Made by a program: the position numbers and the translations under genes | The notes under the pieces: generated by a model | What the model was told of the DNA's origin: nothing | What the model saw: the letters and a program-made list of their open reading frames with translations, nothing else | Databases searched by the model: none | Assembly: GCF_008831285.2 (NCBI RefSeq) | Contig: NC_045138.2 | Coordinates: forward strand, 41,044,001 to 41,108,000 | From: Nymphaea colorata | Taxonomy: Eukaryota | Reading direction: 5' to 3' | DNA length: 64,000 nucleotides | Shown here: piece by piece, positions 25,331-38,074 of the stretch | Layout: each line of letters begins with the position of its first letter | Position numbering within the stretch: position 1 is the stretch's first letter

Positions 25331-26027
25331 AGAGAGAGAGTTTTCTTTTTCAAATCGTAGGTGACTTAAAGTCTTAACTGTCCTCTTCTGATCAAATTAG
25401 AAAGTCCATACATTAGGAGTTAATACTTGCAAACTATCATATGAAGATCAGATTAATGAGATTGCACCAGTATGAAAATGGACCATTACTCATGACATTT
25501 GTAATGCCTTTGTATACTTCAAAAAGATCACGGGGAAAATCGGCGCCTTTTAGTTTTCTTTATACAATGTAGCTTCTCAGTATGCATAAAACATAGAACA
25601 AGCAGACGGCAGCAATGTAAAATCCAAGATTAGCACTTGACAAATCTGAAAAGCACTGGGTATTGAACCTCGTGTCTTACTATCTTTCCATCTGCAGGTT
25701 TGGGCTACTCAAGCTTTGAATTCATGCTCTCCAAGCAGTTCAAGACATAAAGAATTGGTGGAAAATTATGATAAAAGGGAAAACATTCAAGGGAAGCGTT
25801 TCTAGAGCTACCAAAGACTTCATGACACCTTCTCCCCCTTCTCTACCAGTCCATAACATGAAACAATCTCAAGAAGAAGAAGAAGAAGAAAGCAGATCCC
25901 AAAGTGGATAAAGAAAATGTTCAAATTAAGGGAGCAACCCCAACAGATTACAATCTTTTTCTTCAGTCAATGGTCAGCTCCATGAGCGCCATCACAGACT
26001 GAGGTTAATGCAACTCCACCACCCTCA

Positions 26028-26059
26028 GACCCTAAACCCCTAAAACCCTAAAACCCTAA
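26028..26059. repeat. Short interstitial telomere-like (CCCTAAA) / telo-box cluster downstream of the ZF-HD CDS
   Basis: gaccctaaacccctaaaaccctaaaaccctaa: four imperfect units. Confidence 0.6.
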
Positions 26060-26382
26060 CACAGAATACCTAACACCCCAAATGTCATTTTCCATTCTCT
26101 CTCTTCTTCTCTCCCCCTAACACAGTCAGGATGCAACCACCATTCCAGCAGACAGCCCAAAATTTCAAAGACCAGTTCTGTGAAGGCAAAAGACTGAGGG
26201 AGGGAGAATAAAACTAGAAAAGAAAAAGGGTCATTCAAATTTCTAGACAGACATAATCAACAGTACCATCTAAAACCTTACCACCCATCCTCTAAACATG
26301 GAGATCACAGAAAGATATACACACAAGACACAGGCGAACGCCTCTCCTTTCTCTTTGTTTTTCTCTCTAGAGTTTCTGATCA

Positions 26383-27141
26383 TCAGGGCTTCTTACCGAG
26401 TGTGTGCTTGTTATTGTGCATCCACACCTTGAGAACATGCCTCTTCACGCACGTCTCCATGCAAAACTGTTGCACCGCCGCCTCGTCGTGCTTCTGTATC
26501 CGCCACCCCAGCTTCTCCGCGAACTCCAGCATCCGGTCCTTCTGTTCCTGCGTGAACTTCGTCCTGAATCTCTTCTTCATCAGCGCCCCGCCGCCGGCTC
26601 CCCCGCTGCCGCTGCCAACCGGGTGGTGGTTCACCATCTCCTCCTGGTCGTGGTCATCCCTCAAGGAGGGGAGGGCCAGCGCCTGACCGTGCCCGTGGTG
26701 GTTGTGCAGCGGCTGAGGGTGGTGGTGCGCCAGAGGGTGGGGGCTCCCCCTAGCCCCCATATGAAGGTACCCACTACCAGCCCCGCCGCCAAGAGCCGGC
26801 GGGGCGGCCGCCCGGTAGTAAGGAGGAGGGAATTGAGCGTACAGCTCGCCGTCGCCCTCCCGCCGGTGGAAGTTCCGGTGGCAATTGCAGGCGGCGCACT
26901 TGAGGGCGTCGAGGGTGCCCTCCTCCCCAGCCGCCAAAAACTCGCCGCACCCGTCGATGGCGTGCCCGCCGATGCCGACAGCGTGGTTCTTCATGCACTC
27001 CTTGTACCTCGCTTTCCTTGGCTGCGACTCGCCGCACGTCGGCGGCACCATCTTCAGCCTGGACAGGTCGTAGCTGCCGGAGACCGACACCGGTGGCGGA
27101 AGCGTCACCTCCCCTTCCTCCTCCTGGTCGTCGAAGTCCAT
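26383..27141 (-). CDS. ZHD: Zinc-finger homeodomain (ZF-HD) transcription factor, ZHD1/2-like, 252 aa, intronless
   Basis: ZF-HD zinc finger [23 protein letters not shown]...[16 protein letters not shown] and homeodomain [29 protein letters not shown]...[10 protein letters not shown]. The first true ATG is at 27141 (MDFDDQEE); the ORF track starts at an upstream TTG. Confidence 0.97.
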   Translation of the reverse strand: MDFDDQEEEGEVTLPPPVSVSGSYDLSRLKMVPPTCGESQPRKARYKECMKNHAVGIGGHAIDGCGEFLAAGEEGTLDALKCAACNCHRNFHRREGDGELYAQFPPPYYRAAAPPALGGGAGSGYLHMGARGSPHPLAHHHPQPLHNHHGHGQALALPSLRDDHDQEEMVNHHPVGSGSGGAGGGALMKKRFRTKFTQEQKDRMLEFAEKLGWRIQKHDEAAVQQFCMETCVKRHVLKVWMHNNKHTLGKKP

Positions 27142-29929
27142 CAATCCTACTTAGGGAGACAAAGAAAAAAGACGAAATTGTACGAGTTGAGTCGAAATCA
27201 AAAGCCAGATCAAATGCGATCTGCGGCCGGCCGGCCGCTTATCCGACGGTCGCCGGCGAGAGGATAAGAAGGATCGAGCCTGCCCACCAATTGTGGTGCA
27301 CAGATAGTGGGTGGTCTCGCTTCTGGAATATGAGAGAGAAAGAGAGAGAGAGAGAGAGAGGGAGAGATTTTGGTCCGTTGCGGAGCTTTGCTTTAGTGAG
27401 AGAAGAAGGGAGGAGTGCCGGTGGACGGCGACCGGCTGCAGCCGGTGGGATTTACTATGCTCCCCGAGGGGCGGGCATTTTTTTCACCGCGGGGAGGAAG
27501 GACGTGGTAAAGAATCAGGGAGGGGCGGTGGGCCCCGGCTGTTAGCAACAGTAAATGGAGGTCGCGTCGGAAATTTAATGCAGGAATTGACGGGCTGTCA
27601 GTGGCCTCAGAGACGAAGAAGTAGAGAGAGAAAGAGCCGATGAGAGAGAAAGACTGGAGTGGGTTGATGCAGCCATGGTGCTCATGAGGTGAACAGGAAC
27701 AGTGAGAACAACTTGCCCCCACCTCTTCGATTTTAAAAAAAATTAATTAGTTCGATAATTAACAAAAATATATAGCTTTAAAAAATGATTTTTTCTCGTA
27801 AGAGTAATAAATTTTTTTCCTTTTCAGTTTAGCCCCTCAAAGTCAATCTTTCTCCCTACGACGTGGGATCTAACATTGGTTTAAACAAAGAAAAAAAGGT
27901 CTCAATATTAGAATATCCAAAAGAAATTCTTCCTTCTTTGATCGCTAATGTTCTCCACAATCCATGCCCTTTGTTCCGATAAAAATGATGAAACTTCTAA
28001 ATTTTTTCTTTTCCTAATAAAATAGCAGGAAGAGGAAATGGAACCCCGAAAAGTAATTACCTCAGTAAGCCAACAGTGGTTTTAATTTGACATGAAAACT
28101 TGGATTCACAAGAAATTTTAGTTTTCACGTTATAAAAAATCACAATAAATTTTAGTGAGGATGTGGGGCCCACTCTAAGATGAGGAGGCAATGTTCCCTC
28201 TTTTCTTTCGTCCCTCTGTTGTCTTTATAGTCGATTTTGAGGTTCCGTTCTCTAAAGCATGATGACACTCCAAAAAAGATCGACGAATTAAATATTGTTT
28301 GTCAAACTCCGTATGATGATGATACTTAGGTTTAGGTGATAGGGTGGCGTTTAAAAAAACCTTGGGTTTGTTGGTCTCATGTGCTTTCTTTCACCATCTT
28401 GGGGAGCAAAGGAGTTCTTAATCGGTCTTTTAGGAGACACACACACCACTTCTAATTTAGTAACAAACACAACATCACATTCTTTATTGCAAAATTTGTT
28501 TTATGTCAGATATCTACCATGCTTTTTGAAGTCATATGTGCATGTGTCTTAACTTATGAAAATGATAACTGCGTATATTTTTCTTTTCATTAAACATTAA
28601 AGATGGAATGTTTATGAAAGAGGAGGTAAGCAAACTAGCGGGGGTTGTGGAATCATAAACTAAAAGATTCAGAGACCTACGATCTTCATATATGAAGATG
28701 TGTTTAACTTTAAGGTGGGTTGGATTTATGAGAGTTTAGTCTCATATTAAAAATTGAGAGCATCTTCAATGACATATAAAGAGATTGGTTACTGGGTATG
28801 CTGTCTTGGTTTTTTAATCATTTTAGTAAAGGAATCGAACCTGTTAAGGAGTGAGTTGAGATCTAGCAAGCTGAAGTTGGACATCTTTCTTATGAAATTA
28901 ATACAGAAATACACTTTATGCACTCAACTGTTGAGATTTTTTACGTTCGACTAACAAGACAATATATATATATATATATATAAATCAATGGAGAGTAGGC
29001 ATTACCTAACCATGCATGATTTGGACTATAGGAGTAAAGTAGCTTACTAATCAATCTTCAAACTATGAGGGGCCCTTGGTCCATGAAATAGACAATTCAG
29101 TAGAACAGGAGATTTACAAGAATAAACCCTTGATGGCTCATTCCATAGTTTGAAATCCGAAGATTTGATGCATTTGTTGCTGTGGCATAAAATCATGATT
29201 TGAAGTTCAATCGTTTTGCAAGAAGAAATGGGGACATTTGTAACCGATTGGTCGGATCTTTTCTTTAATCTTGTTGCAATTGTTCCTTTCAGAACCCCCA
29301 GTTTTAATTTTCTCAAACTCAACTAATTGAAAGAAAAATAAAGTTCAGAAAGAAAGAAGGAGCATAAGGGCATCACTGTTATGAGGCCTCAGAAGAGAGA
29401 TTTGAATATCTTACGCGAAGCATGCACCAACACATCGTTTTACATTCAGATCAAACAAACTAATCATCGTCAACTTATTGTGAGTAAAAATAGACACAGT
29501 TGAATAACATAATCTGGTTTAAGCATTTAAATAACTTGTTCACATTTATAGAGAGAGAGAGAGAGAGAGAGAGAGCGCTTCTCCATTCTTGTTTGTGGGT
29601 AGCCATTGTTTCACTGCTGCTTGTTTTTTTCAGTTCAATAAGAATTCGACTTTATACAATTCAACCAGCAAACGGAACCAAAAAACTTAGCAGTTTAACT
29701 GAGAAGGGTAGAAAGAGAGCTCTCCTTGTCATACGAGAAGTGTAGAGAGAGAGAGAGAGAGAGAGAGAGACTGCAGAAAGAGAGTTTCCTGTCTGTCATA
29801 CGAGAGATGTTCAAAAAGAGAGAGAGAGAGAGATTCAAGAGAGAGAGAGAGAGTGGCACTGTAGGCTCGTCATAGGAGAGGCGTAGAGAGAGAAAGGGGA
29901 GGGTGTAGAGAGAGAAGGGTGGGGACACT

Positions 29930-30130
29930 CATGTGAGCACCACGGGAGTGGCACGAACATGACGTGGACATGACCGTACGCGTGGCATTTCAGTTCTCGG
30001 GGAGCGGTGCAGACGTGACCTGACAATGCAGCTGACCCCTGGCCCCACGTGCTGCCACGTCAGCTTGCTCGTGCGCTTCATGGTCATCCCCTTCCCCCTC
30101 CACAGTGCCTTGGTTTGGTGTGGGCCACCC
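29930..30130. promoter_or_regulatory. GC-rich ACGT-core (G-box/ABRE/TGACG-like) cluster ~2.8 kb upstream of the ZF-HD gene
   Basis: TGACGTGG, ACGCGTGGC, AGACGTGA, CCACGTGC, CCACGTCA and TGGGCC fall within 200 bp, next to long GA/CT tracts at 29550-29920. Confidence 0.5.
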
Positions 30131-31690
30131 CTTCCGCCGTACCCACGCCCCATCACTGAATGGAACGTGTGAGTTTGTGACTGCAACTCCATGGCTTCAT
30201 TGATTTAAACTTTAACCTAATTTTATATATATTATATATATAAATATATTATCAATGAAAGCCACCTGATTTATTATTATGATTGACAGTTACAAGGAAA
30301 ACAATAAAAAATTTTCTTTCTTTCATTGTTAGCTCCCCAGTAAAATTGATCGGAGGACTCTCATGAATAAGATAGCTTTTTTGAATAGCCAAATTCTTCA
30401 TTTACTTTATATATATATATATATGTATTGGTTCTGAAATCTTGGGCTATAGCTAGGTTGTTTCCTCCCCACTTTTAAGTTGCTTTTGACAGCGATCCAA
30501 AGATTTGATTCACTTCAAATGAATGGGATTGATTTTCTTTTTCAGCTCCCCTTTATATCTCCTTGAAAGGAATTATATGATTACATGGAGCACCACCATG
30601 CTCTCTCTCTCTCTCTTGTTGATTGCTTATGGGTTCAGCCCACTTAACAAAAAAAAAAAAAACTTAGGGAATGTGTGGTCCAATCTCTCGCTTTTCTCTT
30701 TCTTGCCATTCCCTCTTTCTAACATGGGGGCCATGGGTTATCCCCATCATCTCCTCACAGTTCAGCATTGTTTGGTTCTCAAGATTGACTGTCCAAAATG
30801 ATGGTGGGATCATCCCGTCCAAGTCTGTCTTTTCCTTTCAGAAGAACATGCCCTGATTACAAAACAAGGATCAACTGCTTAATGCAATGATGGCATCTCA
30901 GAAACTTCAAATATTATATGACTTCATTCTTCTTTTCCAAGTTTAGCCAAAAGAACAAGTTAAAATAATTGATGGGCAGCAGCTAGATTTTGAGAATGAT
31001 CTTGCACCTTCTTTTTCTTGACCAATATTAATAACCGTGGAAGATCATACATATTTGTTTGTATTGTTCCTTTAAAGAAAAAAAAAAAAAAAAAGTTTGG
31101 ATGGAGGCAGAAGACAGATACCAAAGATTTGGTTCTTTGTCAATGCTGTCAGGTTTTAGACATGATGCAGAACCCCATCTCCATATATGATAGGAATGGA
31201 TGGTGGAGATCTGCCAAGTACTCACTGCAATGGTGGATCTCAAGAGACAACTGATCTGCTGTCCATTTTTTTTTTCTTTTCCCTCTCATGGGGTTGGTGG
31301 AAGGAAGTGTTGTGTCTTGTGTTCATTTAAGCAAGCAATACTGGTAGAGGGGAAGTGCCGGGCACAATATCCAACATGGGGAGGCAAATAATAGCCCCAC
31401 ATAGATGCACAAATTGCCTTCACAAGTAGCATTCTTCCCAAAACGTATGTACATCTATGCATATGACATCGGGAGTGGGTACAAGAAAGGGATTGGTGCC
31501 CATTCTTGCAGAAAATTACAGTATTGTTTCCACCAAGAGTAGCAGCTTTCATGAAGCAAAGGGGAAGAGTTGATGGGAAGGAAGGATTCCACCCTCTTGT
31601 TCTTGTCATGATCATGATAAATACATGGTGGTGATGGTCCTGTTGATGGTACATACCTATGTTATGTATGTCTCTGCTGTGATAGCAGAA

Positions 31691-31721
<31 letters not shown>

Positions 31722-32649
31722 AGTGGGGAGGGAAGGAGAAAGGGGATCATGGATGTTGAACAAAAATAAAGCTGCAAGGCATGCAATAAAAGTGTAGTCT
31801 TCCCTCTTGTATTTATTCCACTAAATTTGTTGTCCCCACTTTTTCTTCAAAAAGGAAGGGGGGACAAAGTATTCTCATACCTGCAAGCCTCCCTAAAAGT
31901 ATTTTGTCTTTTACATGTCTGGTCTCTCTCTCTCTCTCTCTCTCTTCCCCTCTCTCTCTCATATTATTGATTATCCATTATTACAGTATACATATGGCTG
32001 CTTGTCTCAGTTTGAGTTGTTTCACTGTTAACTTGAAATGTGTGTATTTGTACATACACATAAATAAACATATTCATGAGAACAAGAGTTATCTTATGTC
32101 TGCATTAGAAGCTCATTGCCTAGGTTAATTTAGTTCACTATGAAATTGTAGATGTCTTCTGAACACTGAAAGATATAGAGATTAAGCCTTAGATACACGT
32201 TATTTCATTTGTCAAAACTCTTTTGCATCTGTATCAACAGATTTTGCAGCATCAACTATTATTTACACATCCACTATCATTGCTGCTTGTCAACTAAACT
32301 CACTCTGTACATGGGATGGGATCCAGAGGATTAATTTTGAAAAAATCAGAATGTTAAGCCATTTGTGTATGTGTGTGCATGCGTGCACTTGGACACACAC
32401 ACACACACACACACAGACAAAGTTGTTGTAAGCATTGTTATCTCTCAATTCAGTTTAAACAGCTTCAAAGGTTCGCAGCAGAAACATGTAATATGTGACT
32501 TACACTGCACTGTAATTCGAAAGGCGACCAAAATTTCTTCTTAGACTAATATAAAACAAGAAGTAGTTTCACCAACTAATTTGACGAGCTTGAATACAGA
32601 TTTAGATCGTGACCAAAACTTTTGTGCAACAAACTGAGAGAAAGCGAGT

Positions 32650-32697
<48 letters not shown>

Positions 32698-33239
32698 TAT
32701 CTATCTATTTATCTCCCAAACACTTACATCCGCACACATACAACATGTACACATAGGTGTACATAAATATTGACTACTTCTAATATCAACATATTTTACA
32801 AATATATCTGGCCCGGGTCATCCATGCCCAGTCTATACATGTGGCCTACTTCCACTCACACATGTATATGAGTGTGCATCTATGCATGTGAATATGTGCA
32901 TATATTATATATGGATCAGACCCTACTGATATGACCTAAATGATATGTCACTAGAAAACAAGATTTAGATATTGAGATTCCACCTAGCCACTGAAACTAC
33001 ACCAATTAACTAGCTGTTGACATTCCACCCTGCACATCACATGTATAGTATGCCCTACCCTTCAACCCCTTCAAATCATGGAAGCTGAGTAAAGTAGCAT
33101 TGCACTCACTGTAGACATGTATCTATATAATGCAGCAGGGCTAGAGGGAACTCTCTGATTGATTTGTTTCCCTAGTAAAGTGAGTTTACAGCTAGGTCTA
33201 TAGAGAAATGATAGTACTGCATGTTATTTCAAACCCTCA

Positions 33240-34560
33240 ACAGACTTTGCGTTTGTTTAGTGTACAACAAAGTTGCCCAACTCTAGGTCCCTTGGTACAT
33301 ATTCTTATAAGCCAAATAGCCAATTCCTGCCAGTTCATTTCTACCAGCACATTTTTGTAAGGCATTAAGCTGTTGGGAACAACCAAACATTCAAAATATT
33401 TATGTGCCATTAATGCATCAAACGTTTTACTTTTCTCCATTTTCCATGACAATGAAATCTCCAAGGTTCAGACCACTTAATAGACCTGGTCCTTTTGAGG
33501 TAGACCTTGGGTTAGTTCTGGTTACCATGGTTTATCAAGACAGCACTATGGGAAGCTTAAGGTCCATACATGGCAGGTCTCAATTGGTCCAAGGTCTTCC
33601 CATTTAGGCCTTTTGCAGCTCCCCCCACCCCCTCCCTTTCTCACTAATGAACCATCATCTTGAGAAGTAAATTCAAGCAAATCCCCAACTAAAATCACTT
33701 TGGTTGCATTTGATTTCCCACAGATCTCGTGTCCGAGGCGATCCGAAATCAACAATAGCTGAAATCCACAGTTTAACAAACTGTAGATTTCAGCATCAAC
33801 TCCCCAGTGTGAATTTCAAACCCATGCTACATTGGTGGGCTGAGATGGGAGGTGAGGGGTCAGACCTTAATCTAGAGGCAACACAATGAGAAAGCACAAG
33901 GTTCAGACTGGTTAAGTCAGGCGTTGATCCTAGGTCTTCACTTTAATAACCTTCAAGTCCCGTCTTACCACTTATCATTCATGGTGTTATCAATTTAAGA
34001 TCAAGCAAGCATCTGCAACTGGTGTATATCTGCTCAAGAGCAAGAAAAAGAAACAAAACTTAAGGTGTTATGCGTGAAATATTCAAGGTTTAGGTTGGTG
34101 CATAAGGAAGTGAATATGTGATTTCAGGACAACCATGCATGTAAATCATCTTAGATCATACTTTTCGCATCTGTTTATCCTCTACATTCTTTTCTGTCCG
34201 CAACTATATTGGCAAATGAACGCTAAATATGGCAATGTTTTGAAGGTGACTGAGATCAGAGAAATTGTGGAAACCCGCGCTCTCAAACATAGGTTCAAAC
34301 TTTCAGAGGAGGGATCACTCATCTCGCTTATGGTGGAAAAATTTTCACTACGACCTTGGGCCATATAGACCTTACATCTACTGGTTAAATAGACTTGTAC
34401 CTTACCCAGTGGTGGTCGAAGTTGGCCATCATAAGCATTTCCAGTTTGCCCCACATCTTGCACCCAAACACTACCAAGAGAGAGGCAATACTTCAAAAGC
34501 TCCTAGTCTTAAGGGTGAGCAGAAGCCTTTACATTTCTAAGGTACTCTATGCCCTCAAAA
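33240..34560 (-). mobile_element. Highly degenerate L1 LINE remnant (ORF1-like plus endonuclease region)
   Basis: Minus-strand fragments occur in the expected order: VWVQ...GKVQVYLT (ORF1-like), VILVGDL...RKGG (GDFN...EKxGG-like) and EDLG...VWT (DLG..G..FTW-like). Similarity is weak and judged by eye. Confidence 0.4.
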
Positions 34561-34680
34561 AAGAAAAAAACAAAAGTGTTATAAGCATGTCAAACAGGCT
34601 AATTATTCCATCTTAGACCACCTTGTGCATAACCAACCGCAGGTAAACAGGATGAATATGAAAGTCTCTCTCTCTCTCCC

Positions 34681-34712
<32 letters not shown>

Positions 34713-36399
34713 TTTATATATAAAAGAGAGAGAGAGAGAGAGTCCCCATGAACGGTGACTCTCAACTTAATGGATACCAGGAGACACCAAACCTAAGTTG
34801 TCAGATTAGTTGAGAGAAAACAAGGAAAAAAAAAAGTGTTTTAGTTCACACAATTTTTTTCTTGTTGTTCGCTTAATCATCTATCACCATTTTTTTCTTG
34901 TTTTTCTCTTAATCATCCATCTGTTATTCAGTTATGTAACTTTGGTTATCCCAAATTATATATTATACACACACACACATGAATTCTAAAGGCAAATATT
35001 GCAGCAAAACCCTCATCCTAGATGTGACCCGCTTGAGTGCCTAGCTACCTCACTGGCTTGTTCAAACAATCATGAACTAAAGTCCCTAGCAAGGTTTTGC
35101 GGCACGTTGCTGGTCGACATCTGCACATGCCACACAGAACACCAGATAGAGACTCAAATGCACCTTTAGAGGATGTCTGCACCATGGGGCACCGGGGCTG
35201 GGATGAAGTAGAAGACATGGTTGTCCCACCAGGAAGAAATGCAAATGTAACATAACTTCCATTTTGGCACCACACATTTGGGGTCGAGCAAATGTGTCCA
35301 TGTTCAGGACAAAGTGTGTCTGGACACGCACATCCGGCCAACCGAAGGCCCTCCTACTGCACCGCGATTGTCTCAATGGCATGGAACGCAGATCAATGGA
35401 ATCAAACAAGCATCGATCTCTCAATAATGGCAACTTTGTCATCTACAGAACATGACTTATATGTTCAGATCTAATGGCGCGTGGAATCACTGTACTGGAA
35501 GTATAATTCATCTTGCTAAATCCCATTTCCAAAATCCAAATGGATTGGACATCCTTCACCATCTGCTGGTTTGGTCCAACAAGTATTCCTTTGCAAGTGG
35601 TGTGTTTGATCAACATCCATTGGCCGGAAGCACATCAAAATATTGACTCCGAAGCTGCTACAGAATCATTAGAAAATAAGTGTGGTGTGCATGTATTTAA
35701 TTACGAAAATCTCGTGATATTTATCGCCAATTTATACCTCCTTTTTCGCCGAGATTTTTAAGGTTCTTTGATTTTCAAAGGTTTGTTATGATTTTTATTG
35801 TTTTTAAGTTTTTTAAAAATTGTTGAGATTTTCCCAACATGAACCCGAGAAGAACAACTTCGCCGAAAAATACTCGATAAAAACCTCGCTGAGATTTTCC
35901 CAAAACATATTTGTGACTATGGACTTCAAAACTTAAACGTTTTATTGAAAAGAATTTTGAACCATGGTTGGCTCATAAAGATTGAGCTGATCAACCTCTA
36001 CCATCCTTAACCAGCAGTCCTGAACAAGGCCTGTTGGGCTTGTTTTTTCAGCCCTATACTTTGTTGTAAAATCCCCATATCTTCTCTGCCCGCAGTTAGG
36101 TTCAGACTGCTGGTGAGCCATGTGATGTGCGTACTTCTACCAGCCTGTTGTACCTTTCTAGCAGTATAGCTTTGGTACTTGAGTACTCAACTGTGGACCA
36201 TCTATGTTTCACACTATTGGGCCCATGCATATATATATATATATATCGAAAATCATTATGTCAACTATATATATACACCTATTATTGTCGCTGCTCTTGT
36301 TATTATTACCTTTGTTTGGTGATGAAGGTTAAGTAGAAATGTAGCAAATAATTATGTCAATAGTCGCATTGAGGCATCAGACTCTCGAGTTTTCTTCAA

Positions 36400-37450
36400 C
36401 TTGAAGGTTAACTTAGCAGCTTCTCACGAGGTGCACCGAGCTCTTGCCATACTTATTGGCTAATCCCAGCATCAGTTTTAATTAAAGGTTCCTAGTTGAA
36501 AATTTATAATTTCTAGAGCATCTTGAAACCATAGGGCTCACCATTTGAGAAATTCTTGTATGGTATCTTTCGTTCCCGGGTTGTGTTGTACCGCACCGTA
36601 CCCATGTACCCATATGACATAGCTAGGCCGAAAGGGACCCATGCCCATAAGGATCAAACTGTGACATTTCCTTGGCTTGGTGGGCTACATTTAAAGGTAA
36701 GTTCAATGTTTGTGATACCGCACCATTGCATTTAAGACAGATGAATCTCCATAGAATAAAGAGTTTCAAAATTCAAGACCAGCTTGGTATCATGAATCGA
36801 GGAATCTTGTGTGATCTCGCAAATTAATTTCTCCCTTCGGAACAAAAGAAAAAGAGCAGAGAACAAAGTGAGGGTAGAAATCAAACCCTCATGCTGGGAA
36901 TTAAGTCCCATCCATATACCTGTTGAGCCATGCTTTACAAAAAAATATCCAGCAGACCTTAAGGTCTCCTTAGCTAGAAAGGACCGATCCCTATTTACAT
37001 CAAAACCAAAACCCATTCCTCCTTCTCTACATGACTTAGCCATAGCTTTCTTGACAAGGGACCCAAAACTGGTCTGTCTTTACCATCTTTTGGGTGAGCA
37101 AAAGATTTACAACCTACAACCTATAAAAAAGGGCCTGAGAGTCTCCATATGTTCCCCCTGTCTTGGCTTCCTGGGTTGTGTCGGCATCCGTAAACAAAGA
37201 TATACCATTCAACTTAGGTATTGTGTTTCACCACTTAAGACACTTATACATAGTGCCCATGAAAAATCAAGCTACAGACATGTCTCTTTACATGCGCCTA
37301 ACCCGACATCTACGCTATGCTTCTTGAAATTGATCATCTTCAAAACAATGTATATTGCAAAATAAAGTCAAAATTCTCAAAAGGTGGCCACAGGTGAGAC
37401 GCTATTCCCAATCTCAGCCAAAGCAAAATTTGAGTTTATGCATTTCCTGC
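36400..37450 (-). mobile_element. Highly degenerate L1 LINE endonuclease-region remnant
   Basis: Minus-strand fragments in L1 ORF2 order: WYIFVYG...DRGNIWRL, REGG, DRSFL and GPFRPSYVIWVH (PFRFExxW-like). Similarity is weak and judged by eye. Confidence 0.4.
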
Positions 37451-38074
37451 TCCAACTAGCATTTACAATGATGTTATTTCGAGTGAGCTGAAGGGAACCC
37501 CATCGCTCGAGTAAGAGACGAAAGCGCCTCACTCCTTTCCCCTGAACCTAGGACAAGAGTTGTGTCAAGACCTCAGTGAACTTACGGCTACTCCGTTCAA
37601 CTCAAGAGTAGTACCAACCACATTTTTTAGTTTAGAGGAATAACTTCACAGGAATCGACTAACGACTAGACTCTCATCGACCTTCCAACCCAAGCAGCAA
37701 AGGTACACCCTCACCCTCAGGGATGCAATTATGTTATTAATGTCTTCCCAAATGTAAAAGAAGCAAGTAGAACCAGAATTTTTCCCCGCTTGACCACTAT
37801 CATTTCCAGGTCTGCATTAATGAATCAAAGAAGTTTATATCCCTATTGAACATCTTACCTAGATGACGCCATACTCCTTTAGCCTACATAATTCAAAAAC
37901 ATGTGCACAGACGTTTCCAAATCTCTTCTTCCCTTCCAAATGTCTTCCTCCTTCTTATCTCTAATTTGTGGTATATTACTAAGCTGAAATGCAAATCTTC
38001 CTCATCCCACATAAGAATATCGTCCCCCTCCTGGAGATAAGCAGACAATAAAACCTGCATGGCTCTGGTCCTTT

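Noticed and set aside
26028..26059. Telomerase RNA template candidate
   Set aside because: No USE/TATA Pol III promoter seen upstream, and the multiple degenerate units fit a telo-box cluster better.
26404..27267. 287-aa plus-strand ORF antisense to ZF-HD
   Set aside because: GC-rich antisense shadow with no ATG start and no domain.
31286..31786. 166-aa minus-strand ORF upstream of ZF-HD (possible MIF/small protein or miR171-like sequence)
   Set aside because: No zinc-finger signature, it runs through a microsatellite, and only a short partial miRNA-like match without a hairpin partner was seen.
35045..35650. Cluster of overlapping 60-118-aa ORFs in a GC-balanced patch
   Set aside because: No recognisable domain in the frames examined. 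It could be a decayed gene or TE, but that is unsupported without BLASTX.
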